Positions 9,048 through 21,426 of a stretch of DNA of 64,000 nucleotides are shown in pieces. Source of the stretch: Akkermansia muciniphila. Lineage in GTDB: Bacteria; Verrucomicrobiota; Verrucomicrobiia; Verrucomicrobiales; Akkermansiaceae. The notes beneath the pieces are model-generated. The model did no database searches. It had not been told where the DNA came from and saw only the letters and a program-made list of their open reading frames with translations. The position numbers and the translations under genes were made by a program. Each line of letters begins with the position of its first letter. The first letter of the stretch is position 1. Location: assembly GCA_004557455.1 (NCBI GenBank), contig SFDX01000015.1, positions 1 to 64,000 of the forward strand, in the 5' to 3' direction.

Positions 9048-9118
9048 TAGTCTCGCCAGGATTCGAACCTAGTCAGAGGGAATCAAAATCCCTAGTGCTA
9101 CCGTTACACCACGAGACC
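9048..9118 (-). tRNA. tRNA-Gln (anticodon UUG); no CCA encoded
   Basis: Reverse complement folds as a cloverleaf: acceptor GGTCTCG/CGAGACT with a G1.U72 wobble, D arm GTG-TAACGGTAG-CAC, anticodon stem AGGGA/TCCCT with loop TTTTGAT (anticodon TTG), T arm CTAGG-TTCGAAT-CCTGG, discriminator A, followed by GCTC rather than CCA. Confidence 0.7.
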
Positions 9119-9274
9119 GAAGAAGGGGCGGAAAGCGCGGAGCCTACGCCCGCTCGGGGCGGATGATAGCACAGGGAAGGGCACTTGGCAAGCCAAAAAA
9201 CGCGGAAAGCCGAAAAAAAGCGTGGGGTGGGAGAAGAGAGGGAAGGAAAAAAGGCTCGGGTGCGGCTTTTTGGG

Positions 9275-9303
9275 TTGCAATGGGGGCGTGGGAGGTGTAT
9301 GCT
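9275..9303 (+). promoter_or_regulatory. sigma70-like promoter TTGCAA-17-TATGCT for nifJ
   Basis: TTGCAA at 9275-9280, spacer tgggggcgtgggaggtg, TATGCT at 9298-9303. The spacer is nearly identical to that of the promoter at 41534. Confidence 0.55.
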
Positions 9304-9372
9304 ATGGGCAGCGAAACCCCGTCTGCGCCACCTGCAGGCGAGTGAGGAAACACATTCTGCATACACAAGAAC

Positions 9373-12921
<3,549 letters not shown>

Positions 12922-12953
12922 CCCTCCGCGCATGGCGCATTAACTCTAACCCG

Positions 12954-12991
12954 CCGGGGGAACGGCTCCTTGCAGCCGCTCCCCCGGTTTT
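12954..12991 (+). terminator. rho-independent terminator after nifJ
   Basis: Hairpin ccgggggaacggc-tccttgca-gccgctcccccgg followed by TTTT. Confidence 0.6.
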
Positions 12992-13017
12992 GACCCCGCA
13001 CCCCACCCATCCCGACC

Positions 13018-14361
13018 ATGATTCAGATTCCCCCCCACGCTCGCACTGTTACGGACCGTTTAACCGCCCTGGGCTACGAGGCCTATGTAGTCGGCGGCTG
13101 TGTGCGGGATTCCCTCATGGGGCGCGAGCCGAAGGATTGGGATGTGTGCACGGACGCCACGCCGCAGCAGGTTCTCGCGGCGTTCAAGCGTTTTCATGTG
13201 ATCAAGACGGGCCTGCAACACGGTACCGTCACGGTCATGGTTTCTCACCTGCCGGTGGAGGTGACGACCTATCGCGTCGATGGAGATTATCAAGATAACC
13301 GTCACCCGGAGTCCGTGGCCTTCGTCAGCCGACTGGAGGACGACCTCGCGCGGCGGGATTTCACCGTCAACGCCATGGCCTACAACCCGGAGCGCGGGCT
13401 GGTGGATGCCTTCGGCGGGCGGCAGGACCTGGCGGACCGGCTCATTCGCTGCGTCGGGGAGCCGGAGGCGCGCTTCCGGGAGGACGGCCTGCGCATCCTG
13501 CGGGCCCTGCGCTTTGCCTCGCGCTTCCGCTTCGACATCGAGCGCAGCACCTCGGAGGCCATCCGCAGCTGCCGGCACCTGCTGGCCAATATCAGTGCCG
13601 AGCGCATTTTCACGGAGCTCAAGGGTATCCTGGCGGGGGAGGGGGTGCTCAATATGCTCCTAGCCTACCCGGAGGTCTTCTGCACCATCATCCCGGAGCT
13701 GGCCCCCTCCGTGGGCTTTGCGCAGAATAACCCGCACCACTGCTACGATGTGTGGACGCATACCGCCCACGCCGTTCAGGCCGCGCTGCGGGATGCCACT
13801 ATACGCTTGGCGCTGCTGCTGCACGACATCGCCAAGCCGGGCTGCTACAGTTACGACCCCGTGAAGCACAAGGGGCATTTTTACGGTCACCCGGAGGTGG
13901 GTGCCGGCATGGCAGGGCGCATCCTCCGACGCCTCAAGAGTGACAACGAGACCCACCACACCGTCTGCACCCTCGTCCGCGAGCACGACAGCGCTTGGCC
14001 CACCACCCCCGCCGGGATGCGCCGCCTCATCGGCCGCTTGGGGTTGGATATCGTGCAGATGCTGTTCTCCGTCAAGAGTGCCGACCAAGCCGCCCAATCC
14101 GGGCACGAACGCGAACAGAAGAAGGCGGCCATGCGCAACGCCGCCCTGCTGCTGGATGAGGTGCTCTCCGCTCCCAAGGCGTTCTCGGTCAAGGACTTGG
14201 CCATCAACGGCAACGACCTCATGTCCATGGGTGTCCCCGCCGGGCCCTCCATCGGCCGTATGCTCGCCGCCCTCCTTGCCGAGGTTCAGGATGACGTCCT
14301 CGAGAACGCCCCCCACGCCCTCTTCGCCCGCGCCGCCGACCTCATGCACCGCAAAGGCTGA
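13018..14361 (+). CDS. cca: CCA-adding tRNA nucleotidyltransferase with HD domain
   Basis: GGCVRDSLMGREPKDWDV nucleotidyltransferase motif, RRDFTVNAMAY, HD-domain region HHCYDVWTHT...LLHDIAKP. Consistent with the nearby tRNA lacking an encoded CCA. Confidence 0.85.
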   Translation: MIQIPPHARTVTDRLTALGYEAYVVGGCVRDSLMGREPKDWDVCTDATPQQVLAAFKRFHVIKTGLQHGTVTVMVSHLPVEVTTYRVDGDYQDNRHPESVAFVSRLEDDLARRDFTVNAMAYNPERGLVDAFGGRQDLADRLIRCVGEPEARFREDGLRILRALRFASRFRFDIERSTSEAIRSCRHLLANISAERIFTELKGILAGEGVLNMLLAYPEVFCTIIPELAPSVGFAQNNPHHCYDVWTHTAHAVQAALRDATIRLALLLHDIAKPGCYSYDPVKHKGHFYGHPEVGAGMAGRILRRLKSDNETHHTVCTLVREHDSAWPTTPAGMRRLIGRLGLDIVQMLFSVKSADQAAQSGHEREQKKAAMRNAALLLDEVLSAPKAFSVKDLAINGNDLMSMGVPAGPSIGRMLAALLAEVQDDVLENAPHALFARAADLMHRKG

Positions 14362-14364
14362 ACG

Positions 14365-14384
14365 CGAGACTTCACAGCGCAGTG
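14365..14384 (+). repeat. conserved 20-nt box cgagacttcacaScgcagtg, copy 2, immediately after the cca stop
   Basis: See 8797..8816. Confidence 0.4.
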
Positions 14385-14456
14385 ACAACAGAAGGCGGTC
14401 AGGCTCCTCTCGATCTCTGTTACCTCGGTGCTTTGAGTACGGGGTGCGGCAGTGGC

Positions 14457-15082
14457 TCAGAAAGGGGAGCCGAGGAGTTTGGCTTGGAGGTCCGGGACGG
14501 TGCGGCAGAGGGGGGCGGGCCAGTCCTCGAGATCGGCGGTAGAGGCGTAGCCCCAAGCGACGAGGAGGCAGGAGCAAGCGGCGTTGGAGGCCGTGCGGGC
14601 ATCGAAGAGCGAGTCGCCCACCAAGGTTAGGTCTTGAGGGCGCACGCCCCACTCGGTCGCGATGGCCAGGAGGGCATCCGGAGCCGGCTTGCGCGGGAAC
14701 CTGCCGGAGAAGCCCCAGAGGGGAGAGAAGGGGACATCCGGGAAGAGCGTGCGCACCATGGGCAGGGTGACCTCGTGTGGCTTGTTGGACAGCACGGACA
14801 GCTTGGCCCCGGCGGCGGCCAAGCTGCGCACCATGGACAGGATGCCGGGGTAGGGGCGTGTACCCTCCCCCTCAGCTCCTCCTTGGGGGTCAACTCGGCA
14901 TCCGGGTAACCCAGCGCGGCGGCGCAGAGGTTGGCTGCCCCGCGTCCGATCATTCCGCGCACGGCCTGCGGGGCATGCGGAGAGCGGCCCAGCGAGACGA
15001 GTGCACGATTCACCCCCTCGGCAATGCCCGGTAGGGAGTCCACCAAGGTGCCGTCCAAGTCAAAGACGATGTGCCGGCGCAT
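14457..15082 (-). pseudogene. HAD-family phosphatase (phosphoglycolate phosphatase-like) split by a frameshift
   Basis: The N-terminal part MRRHIVFDLDGTLVDSLPGIAEGVNRALVSLG (HAD motif I) is in one frame (15082 down to about 14860). The C-terminal part LSVLSNKPHE...FPRKPAPDALL...LVGDSLFDARTA (motifs II-IV) is in another frame (14834..14457). The frame change lies near a poly-C/G run around 14850-14880. It may be a genuine pseudogene or a homopolymer sequencing error. Confidence 0.5.
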
Positions 15083-15093
15083 GGGGCGGTAGA

Positions 15094-15882
15094 TCAGCGG
15101 GTCAGCCCGCGGTTTTCCTCACTCTCCCGCACAAACTGCAGGAGCTTCTGCACGAGCGCGTTCCCCGCAGCCTTCTCATCCGCCAGAATGGCAGCCACGG
15201 CATCCGCCACATGGACGGTTTTATCCAAGAAAAGCTTGCGGTAGGCAAAGCGCAGGGCGCGCACATCCGCCTCCTCAAAGCCACGGCGCATGAGACCCAC
15301 CTGATTGACGGCACGAACGGCGGCAGGGAAGCCCTCTGCAATCATGTAGGGCGGAACATCCTTGGCTACGCGAGCGCAACCGCCCACCATGGCATGCTCG
15401 CCCACATGAACGAACTGGTGCAGAGCCGCGAACCCGGAGACGATGGCCCAGTCATCGATGCGGCAGTGGCCGGCCACCCCCGCGAAACCGGACAGGATGC
15501 AGTGGTCGCCCACGATGCACTCATGCCCGCAGTGGCTGTGGATAAGGAAAGCATTGTGGGAGCCGATGATCGTCTTGGTCTCCGGCGTGGTGGAGCGGTT
15601 GATGTTGCAGTTCTCTCGGAAGATATTGCAATCCCCCACCTCCAGGAACGTAGGCTCACCCTTGTACTTGAGATCCTGCGAGCGAGTACCGACCACCGCA
15701 AAGGGGTAAAAGACATTATCCCGCCCGAAAGTGGATGGCCCATCGAGCACCACGTGGCTGTGAAGCACGCAGCCCGGACCCAGTTTCACATGCTTGCCGA
15801 CAACGCAGAAAGGACCGATCTTCACATCGTCCGCCAATTCTGCCGTCGGGTCGATCACCGCTGTAGGATGTATGTCTGCCAT
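15094..15882 (-). CDS. lpxA: UDP-N-acetylglucosamine O-acyltransferase
   Basis: Left-handed beta-helix hexapeptide repeats; MADIHPTAVIDPTAELADDVKIGPFCVVG; length 262 aa; C-terminal helical domain. Confidence 0.9.
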   Translation of the reverse strand: MADIHPTAVIDPTAELADDVKIGPFCVVGKHVKLGPGCVLHSHVVLDGPSTFGRDNVFYPFAVVGTRSQDLKYKGEPTFLEVGDCNIFRENCNINRSTTPETKTIIGSHNAFLIHSHCGHECIVGDHCILSGFAGVAGHCRIDDWAIVSGFAALHQFVHVGEHAMVGGCARVAKDVPPYMIAEGFPAAVRAVNQVGLMRRGFEEADVRALRFAYRKLFLDKTVHVADAVAAILADEKAAGNALVQKLLQFVRESEENRGLTR

Positions 15883-15888
15883 AGGCCC

Positions 15889-15918
15889 ATTTTACCCCTT
15901 TCCCCCCACCTTATTCAA
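15889..15918 (-). promoter_or_regulatory. promoter TTGAAT-18-TAAAAT for lpxA; the start codon lies about 6 nt after the -10, giving a leaderless transcript
   Basis: On the minus strand: TTGAAT, G-rich spacer aaggtggggggaaagggg, TAAAAT, then gggcctATG. Confidence 0.45.
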
Positions 15919-16001
15919 GCACAAAGTGAGCCCCGGAGCAAATTCTCGCACCGCAGCGGGGACGGACGGGCGGAAAAAGTGCGCGTAATTCAAATTTCCC
16001 C

Positions 16002-16030
16002 TTGACAAAGCGGCCCATTCGGCGTATCAT
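16002..16030 (+). promoter_or_regulatory. sigma70-like promoter TTGACA-17-TATCAT for the rpsB-tsf operon
   Basis: TTGACA at 16002-16007, spacer aagcggcccattcggcg, TATCAT at 16025-16030. Confidence 0.6.
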
Positions 16031-16141
16031 CTGCGCTCCCGCATATGCTGCATTATCAACAACGAAGGGCAGGGGGCGAACGCGCAGCACCCTTCACCAA
16101 CCTGTGCATCCTGCCTCAAGGTTGCACGCATCAATAATACA

Positions 16142-16831
16142 ATGATCGACGAACTCGTTACCAAGATGGTGGAAGCCGGTGTGCATCTGGGTCACCAGAG
16201 CCGCAAGTGGCATCCCAACATGAAGAAGTACATTCTCACCCAGAAGAACGGCATCCACATCGTGAATGTGGAGGAGACTGAGAAGTGCCTCGACAAGGCC
16301 TGCGCCTTCCTGAGCGACATGGCCGCCAAGAACAAGAAGATCCTCTTTGTGGGCTGCAAGCGCCAGGCACAGGACGCCGTGCGCGAGGCTGCGGAGGCCT
16401 GCGGCCAGTTCTTCGTGAACTTCCGCTGGCTGGGCGGCATGCTCACCAACATGGCCACCGTCAAGAAGAGCGTGGCCCGTCTGGACTACCTCGAGAACCT
16501 CGACAAGCAGCCGGAGTACAAGCAGATGTCCAAGAAGGAGATCGCTGCCCTCTCCCGCGAGCGTGAGAAGCTTCTCAAGAACCTGCAGGGTATCCGCGGC
16601 ATGGGCGGCGCCCCCGATGTGATGGTCGTGATCGGTGCCGACCACGAGGACATCGCCGTGCGCGAGGCCCACATCCTGGGCATCCCCGTCATCGCCCTGA
16701 CGGATACGAACACGGACCCGGACAGCGTGGAGTTCCCGATCCCGGGCAACGACGACGCCGTGCGTTCCATCCGCCTCATCCTCTCCGTGCTGGTGGAGGC
16801 CATCACCAAGGCTGCCCCGGTTCAGGCCTGA
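16142..16831 (+). CDS. rpsB: 30S ribosomal protein S2
   Basis: MVEAGVHLGHQSRKWHPNMKKYI...ILFVGCKRQAQ...FFVNFRWLGGMLTN is the canonical S2 sequence. Confidence 0.95.
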   Translation: MIDELVTKMVEAGVHLGHQSRKWHPNMKKYILTQKNGIHIVNVEETEKCLDKACAFLSDMAAKNKKILFVGCKRQAQDAVREAAEACGQFFVNFRWLGGMLTNMATVKKSVARLDYLENLDKQPEYKQMSKKEIAALSREREKLLKNLQGIRGMGGAPDVMVVIGADHEDIAVREAHILGIPVIALTDTNTDPDSVEFPIPGNDDAVRSIRLILSVLVEAITKAAPVQA

Positions 16832-16850
16832 TTTTCCCCATCCCCTGATT

Positions 16851-17717
16851 ATGGCTACGATTACACCGCAAATGGTCAAGGAGCTGCGCGTCAAGACCGA
16901 CGCCGGCATGATGGACTGCAAGAAGGCCTTGGTGGAGTGCGACGGCAACATGGACGAGGCCGTCAAGTACCTCCGCGAGAAGGGCATCGCCAAGGCCGCC
17001 AAGAAGGCTGACCGCGAGGCCAAGGAGGGCGTGGTTGCCACCGTGGTGGAGGGCAAGGACGGCGTCATCTTCGAGATTAACTGCGAGACGGACTTCTGCT
17101 CCAAGGGCGACAAGTTCCGCGCCCTGGTGGCCGAGGTGGGTGCTGCCCTCAAAGCCTCTGCTGCCACCACGCTGGACGAGGCACTGAACGTGCCCATGGC
17201 CGGCACGACGGTGGAGAAGTACATCGCCGAGCAGTGCGCTGCCATCGGTGAGAACATGAAGTTCCGCAAGTTCGGCCGCTACACACTGGTCGGCGAGGGC
17301 TCCATTGTCTCCTACATCCACATGGGCGGCAAGGTGGGCGTTTTGCTGCAGGTCAGCTGCACCAAGCCGGAGACGGCTGCTGCGGAGGACTTTGTGACCA
17401 TGTGCAAGGACATCACCCTGCACATTGCTGCCTGCGCACCCAAGAGCGTTGACTCTTCCTCCCTGGACCCCGCCTTCATTGCGGAGGAGCAGGAGATCGC
17501 CAAGGCTCAGCTCATTGCTGAGGGTAAGCCGGAGAAGCTGCTGGAGAAGATCCTCCCCGGCAAGCTCAAGGCCCTCTACAAGCAGAGCTGCCTGCTCAGC
17601 CAGGAGTTCGTGAAGGACCCCTCCATCTCCGTGGAGAAGTTGGTGGCCGACACGGGCAAGAAGCTGGGCGATACGCTGAAGGTGGAGGCCTTCCTCCGCT
17701 ACCAGCTCGGCGCCTAA
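16851..17717 (+). CDS. tsf: elongation factor Ts
   Basis: ITPQMVKELRVKTDAGMMDCKKALVECDGNMDEAVKYLREKGIAKAAKKADR is the UBA-like N-terminus of EF-Ts; downstream of rpsB. Confidence 0.95.
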   Translation: MATITPQMVKELRVKTDAGMMDCKKALVECDGNMDEAVKYLREKGIAKAAKKADREAKEGVVATVVEGKDGVIFEINCETDFCSKGDKFRALVAEVGAALKASAATTLDEALNVPMAGTTVEKYIAEQCAAIGENMKFRKFGRYTLVGEGSIVSYIHMGGKVGVLLQVSCTKPETAAAEDFVTMCKDITLHIAACAPKSVDSSSLDPAFIAEEQEIAKAQLIAEGKPEKLLEKILPGKLKALYKQSCLLSQEFVKDPSISVEKLVADTGKKLGDTLKVEAFLRYQLGA

Positions 17718-17838
17718 GAGCTCCCGAAACCATCATTGCGGCCCCTCATCCGTGCATCGGGTGGGGGGCTGCCGCATTTCCGGCTTGCAAGCTGTGCGTG
17801 GGTGCGCTATGATGTCTGCCGTTACCTTCTGTCACATT

Positions 17839-18306
17839 ATGAAACTGAATCAAGAAGTCTTGGCTGCCAAGGGGCTGGCGTTCCTGCCCGCTCCCCAACC
17901 CGTCGGTTCCTACGTCCAGTGCATCCGCACCGGCAATTACCTCCACCTCTCCGGCGGTATCTCCGTGCGCGGGGAGGCGGCGTTCTACGGCAAACTCGGC
18001 AAGGATGTGGACATCCCGACCGGGCAGCAGGCCGCTGCTACGGCCATCATGAACCGCCTGGATGTCATCCTCGGCGAGCTCGGCAGCTTCGACCGACTCA
18101 AGCGCATCGTGGCTCTCAACGGCTTTGTGAACTGCACCCCGGATTTCACGGACCAGGCGAAGGTCATCAACGGCGCGTCCGACCTGCTGGTGGAGCTCTT
18201 CGGGCCGGAGGCGGCGCACTCGCGCTCGGCCGTCGGCGTGGTCAGCCTGCCGCTCGGTGTCGCGGTGGAGATCAACCTCATCGTGGAGATTGAGCCGGAG
18301 GCCTGA
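17839..18306 (+). CDS. ridA: RidA/YjgF-family enamine/imine deaminase
   Basis: 155 aa from the internal ATG. PAPQPVGSYVQCIRTGNYLHLSGGI...RSAVGVVSLPLGVAVEINLIVEI is typical of YjgF/L-PSP. Confidence 0.7.
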   Translation: MKLNQEVLAAKGLAFLPAPQPVGSYVQCIRTGNYLHLSGGISVRGEAAFYGKLGKDVDIPTGQQAAATAIMNRLDVILGELGSFDRLKRIVALNGFVNCTPDFTDQAKVINGASDLLVELFGPEAAHSRSAVGVVSLPLGVAVEINLIVEIEPEA

Positions 18307-18336
18307 GCCTGCGGCGCATCATTCGGGAGTAGGGCC

Positions 18337-18873
18337 ATGGCGACGGTTGTGTTAGGAATCTGCGGCTCCATCGCGGCCTACAAGGCGGCGGATGTGGCCT
18401 CCGGGCTCGTCAAGCTGGGGCATACGGTGCATTGCGTCTGTACCCCGACGGCCCTGCAGTTCGTGACGCCGCTCACGCTCATGACCCTCTCCCGTAACCC
18501 CGTCATCTCCTCCTTCGAGGACGAGACGGGGGACTGGGTGCCCGTGCACATTGCCCTGGCCAAAAAGGCGGATGTGCTCGCCATTGCCCCGGCCAGCGCG
18601 CACACCATGGCCTGCCTGGCGGCGGGGCTGGCACCCAATGCCCTCACCTCCCTCTACCTTGCCTGCCGCGCGCCCGTCCTGCTCTTCCCGGCCATGAACG
18701 GCGCCATGTGGGATCACCCGGCCACGCAGGCGAACGCCCGCATCTTGGAGCAGCGCGGGCACCGTATCTTCGGGCCGGATGACTCCGGCACCCTGGCCTG
18801 CGGGGATTCCGGCAAGGGGCGGCTCCTGCCCGTCCCGCAAATCATCTCAGCCATCGATGCCACTGTTCGCTGA
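18337..18873 (+). CDS. coaC: flavoprotein phosphopantothenoylcysteine decarboxylase (stand-alone CoaC-like)
   Basis: VLGICGSIAAYKAADVASGLVKLGHTVHCVCTPTALQFV...PASAHTMACLAAGLAPNALT is the flavoprotein family signature; 178 aa. Confidence 0.8.
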   Translation: MATVVLGICGSIAAYKAADVASGLVKLGHTVHCVCTPTALQFVTPLTLMTLSRNPVISSFEDETGDWVPVHIALAKKADVLAIAPASAHTMACLAAGLAPNALTSLYLACRAPVLLFPAMNGAMWDHPATQANARILEQRGHRIFGPDDSGTLACGDSGKGRLLPVPQIISAIDATVR

Positions 18874-18895
18874 CCGACTCCGCGGTAGGTGGGGC

Positions 18896-20320
18896 ATGCA
18901 CCTTGCCGCCGCACTGTGGGCTGCGGTATGGGCTTGGTGCTGTGTGCCGGCGGAAGTAGGCCCTCTTCGGGTACCGGTGCAGGCCTGCGGCGCGGCAGGG
19001 GGCATCGTGCTGTTCTTGCTGCTGTGGGGAATCATGGCGGCAGCGGTCGAGACCGTGCACCGGGTGTCGCGCGGGGCCGCACCGTGGCCGCGGGGCGGTG
19101 AGCTGCTGCTGTGCGCGGAGGCCCTCGCTCTCTTTCTGCTGCTGTGGTGGGTGAAGGGCACCCGATGCAGCGCGGACTTCCTCGGTAGCTTGGACCAGGC
19201 CCGCAGCGGGGCCTACAATACCATTCAACCGCTCTCATATACCCTCTTCATCGGCGCGTTGGACCGACTGGGGCCTAACTCCGTCGCCAACATGGCAGCG
19301 CAGGCGGGCTTGTTTGTTACCGCCGCCGGTGTGGCAGGGCACTGGTGCCGGAGGGAAGGATTGCCGCTGCTCTGCGGTGCGGGGGTGGTGGCGCTGTTGT
19401 TGCCGCTCTGCCAATGGGCCCTCGCGGTACTGGTGAAGGATGCCCTCTACACCTGCTGTTTCGTGATCATGATGGTGGGACTTTGCTCCCTGTATCGGCG
19501 GGATGACGGGTTCTCCCGCACCACTCTGTACGGCGGCCTGGCGGGGCTGGTTCTTCTGCGTCCGGATGCTCTGCTCATTGCGGCCGTGGCGGGAATCGGC
19601 GTGCTCACGGTGGCCCGGCGGCGGCGACGCGGGGGGCTTGCGGCTGCGGGCGGCGTTTCGGGTGTTCTGTTCCTCGGGGTGGCGGCGCATGTGCTGCTGC
19701 CGCTTGCCGTGGGTGCCCGGAATGATGCCTGCGGCACCCGTCTGGCCATGCCCGCCGAGATGCTTTGCGAGGTGGTGGTGCATGATGCCGACCTGCCCCC
19801 GCGGGATCGCGAGCGCATCTGCCGTCTCATCATGCCGGAGCCCGTGATGCGCCGCCACCACGACTCCGCCCCGGAGTGGATCGGCGAGCGCTACCTGTGG
19901 CGCGGTTTCGAGTCCGAGGCAGACCTCCGGCGGCATTCCTTTGTGTTTCGTCTGGCCGGTCGGGACCGCGAGGTGCTCGCTCTGTGTGCCGAGCTGCTCC
20001 CCGCTCATGCCGGCACCGCGCTGCGCCCTCTCATCGCCCACACCCGCCTGCTGCGGGATCCCTCCTACACCCCGGCCCTTGCTCTCGGTGTCCTCTTGTT
20101 CCTCGCCGGCCTGCTCCTGCTCCGCCGCCTTCCCCTGCGGGCCTTCCTTCCTTTTCTCCCCCTCCTTGCCAACATTGTCATCGTCACCTGCGTAGCCACC
20201 ACCTATGAGTACCGCTATGCGCTCCCCCTGTGCGCCGCCGCGCCGCTCCTGCTCTGCTATGCGGGGGCTGTCTTCATGACTCCGGAGGCGGGAGAAAGTC
20301 AAAACCGAGGACTCCGATGA
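18896..20320 (+). CDS. polytopic integral membrane protein (about 12 predicted TM helices), possibly a glycosyltransferase-39/83-like or uncharacterised family
   Basis: Highly hydrophobic 474 aa with W/L/A-rich helices. The ATG at 18896 lies just after the coaC stop. No confident family assignment is possible by eye. Confidence 0.4.
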   Translation: MHLAAALWAAVWAWCCVPAEVGPLRVPVQACGAAGGIVLFLLLWGIMAAAVETVHRVSRGAAPWPRGGELLLCAEALALFLLLWWVKGTRCSADFLGSLDQARSGAYNTIQPLSYTLFIGALDRLGPNSVANMAAQAGLFVTAAGVAGHWCRREGLPLLCGAGVVALLLPLCQWALAVLVKDALYTCCFVIMMVGLCSLYRRDDGFSRTTLYGGLAGLVLLRPDALLIAAVAGIGVLTVARRRRRGGLAAAGGVSGVLFLGVAAHVLLPLAVGARNDACGTRLAMPAEMLCEVVVHDADLPPRDRERICRLIMPEPVMRRHHDSAPEWIGERYLWRGFESEADLRRHSFVFRLAGRDREVLALCAELLPAHAGTALRPLIAHTRLLRDPSYTPALALGVLLFLAGLLLLRRLPLRAFLPFLPLLANIVIVTCVATTYEYRYALPLCAAAPLLLCYAGAVFMTPEAGESQNRGLR

Positions 20321-20362
20321 GAAAGCAAAGGCGGAAGCTGCCGAATAGGGGCAACTTCCGCC
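20321..20362 (-). terminator. candidate rho-independent terminator downstream of rpsO
   Basis: Stem GGCGGAAGCTGCC...GGCAACTTCCGCC, followed on the minus strand by UUUGCUUUCUC. Confidence 0.4.
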
Positions 20363-20403
20363 GAAAAATAGGGACAGGATGGTGTCCTTCCGCCCTCCGG
20401 GGA

Positions 20404-20655
20404 TCAGTGGCGGAGCGAGAGGCGCTTGAGCAGGCTCAGGTAGAGCTCGTTGTCCGTGCGCTTGGCGTAATTGAGCAGACTGCGGCGCTTGGACACCATC
20501 ATCAGCAAGCCACGGCGAGAAGCGTGGTCATGCTTATGCTCAGCAAGGTGCTGAGTGAGGTGAGCAATGCGCTTGGTCAGCACAGCTACCTGGAAACCGG
20601 TGGAGCCGGTATCCTTCTCGTTAATTTTGAAGTCGTCGACGTTGATTTCGCTCAT
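20404..20655 (-). CDS. rpsO: 30S ribosomal protein S15
   Basis: MSEINVDDFKINEKDTGSTGFQVAVLTKRIAHLTQHLAEHKHDHASRRGLLMMVSKRRSLLNYAKRTDNELYLSLLKRLSLRH is canonical S15. The rest of the listed 342-aa ORF is an antisense extension. Confidence 0.9.
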   Translation of the reverse strand: MSEINVDDFKINEKDTGSTGFQVAVLTKRIAHLTQHLAEHKHDHASRRGLLMMVSKRRSLLNYAKRTDNELYLSLLKRLSLRH

Positions 20656-20722
20656 ATTACTACTTGGTTTTGCCCCGCCCGGCAGCACCTGCAAAGACCG
20701 ACGCGTCGCGCGAAGCGGGGAG

Positions 20723-20750
20723 AGTATACCACAATCCGCGGGAGATGCAA
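20723..20750 (-). promoter_or_regulatory. promoter TTGCAT-16-TATACT for rpsO with an about 75-nt structured leader
   Basis: On the minus strand: ttgcat ctcccgcggattgtgg tatact. The GC-rich leader is plausibly the S15 autoregulatory structure. Confidence 0.45.
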
Positions 20751-20859
20751 GCCGAATTTCACGTTTCTCTGCAAAAAGATAAAAAAGTGAGTCACCGGAC
20801 GGGAAATAGCTTGACACCCCGGCCGGATATGCTAACCTAAAGGCAATCAAATTCGACAT

Positions 20860-21426
20860 ATGAGCAAATTCATCGACTACGTATCCACCTTCCTGAAAGC
20901 CCTGGACCTGCTGCCCGACTTCAACTCGCAGACGGGCATCTTCTGCGCGATGGCGTGGATTGCTACCCTGATAGCGCTGCTGCTCTTCGGCATCTCCTTC
21001 ATCGCCGACCTCGGGGACGGGGATGCGGACGCCTTCGGCTGGGGCGGCTTCGTGGCCAGCAACCACGGTTGCAGCGTCTTGGCCGCCATCGGCATCGGTT
21101 TGCTCATCGGTCTTATCATGTTCCTGCTCGTGGCCGTGTTGATGCGCTTTATCAACGGCCTCAAGTGCGACGGCACGCTGCAATACTCCACCCTGGTGGG
21201 CATGACGGGCACGGTGTACGTAACCCTGCCGCCCAATGGTGAGCCCGGCGGCCAGGTGCAGGTGAACCACCCCGGGCAGCTGCTGACCATGCAGGCCGTA
21301 CAGTACGGGGACAAACCGCTGCCGGCGCAGACGCGTGTGGTCGTGGTGGATGCCACCTCGCAGCTCCTGACGGTGCGTCCTTTCACCGCTGAAGATCTTC
21401 ACAACCATAACACAACAAAACAATGA
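20860..21426 (+). CDS. NfeD-family membrane protein (C-terminal OB-fold domain)
   Basis: Two or three TM helices followed by a soluble beta-rich C-terminus GTVYVTLPPNGEPGGQVQVNHPGQLLTMQAV....RVVVVDATSQLLTV. Lies immediately upstream of and overlaps a flotillin gene. Confidence 0.7.
   Translation: MSKFIDYVSTFLKALDLLPDFNSQTGIFCAMAWIATLIALLLFGISFIADLGDGDADAFGWGGFVASNHGCSVLAAIGIGLLIGLIMFLLVAVLMRFINGLKCDGTLQYSTLVGMTGTVYVTLPPNGEPGGQVQVNHPGQLLTMQAVQYGDKPLPAQTRVVVVDATSQLLTVRPFTAEDLHNHNTTKQ

Noticed and set aside
8760-9120. tRNA-Gln as an integration site (att) for the flanking region
   Set aside because: No integrase, no direct repeat of the tRNA 3' end on the same strand; the only similarity (cgagact) is 7 nt and on the opposite strand.
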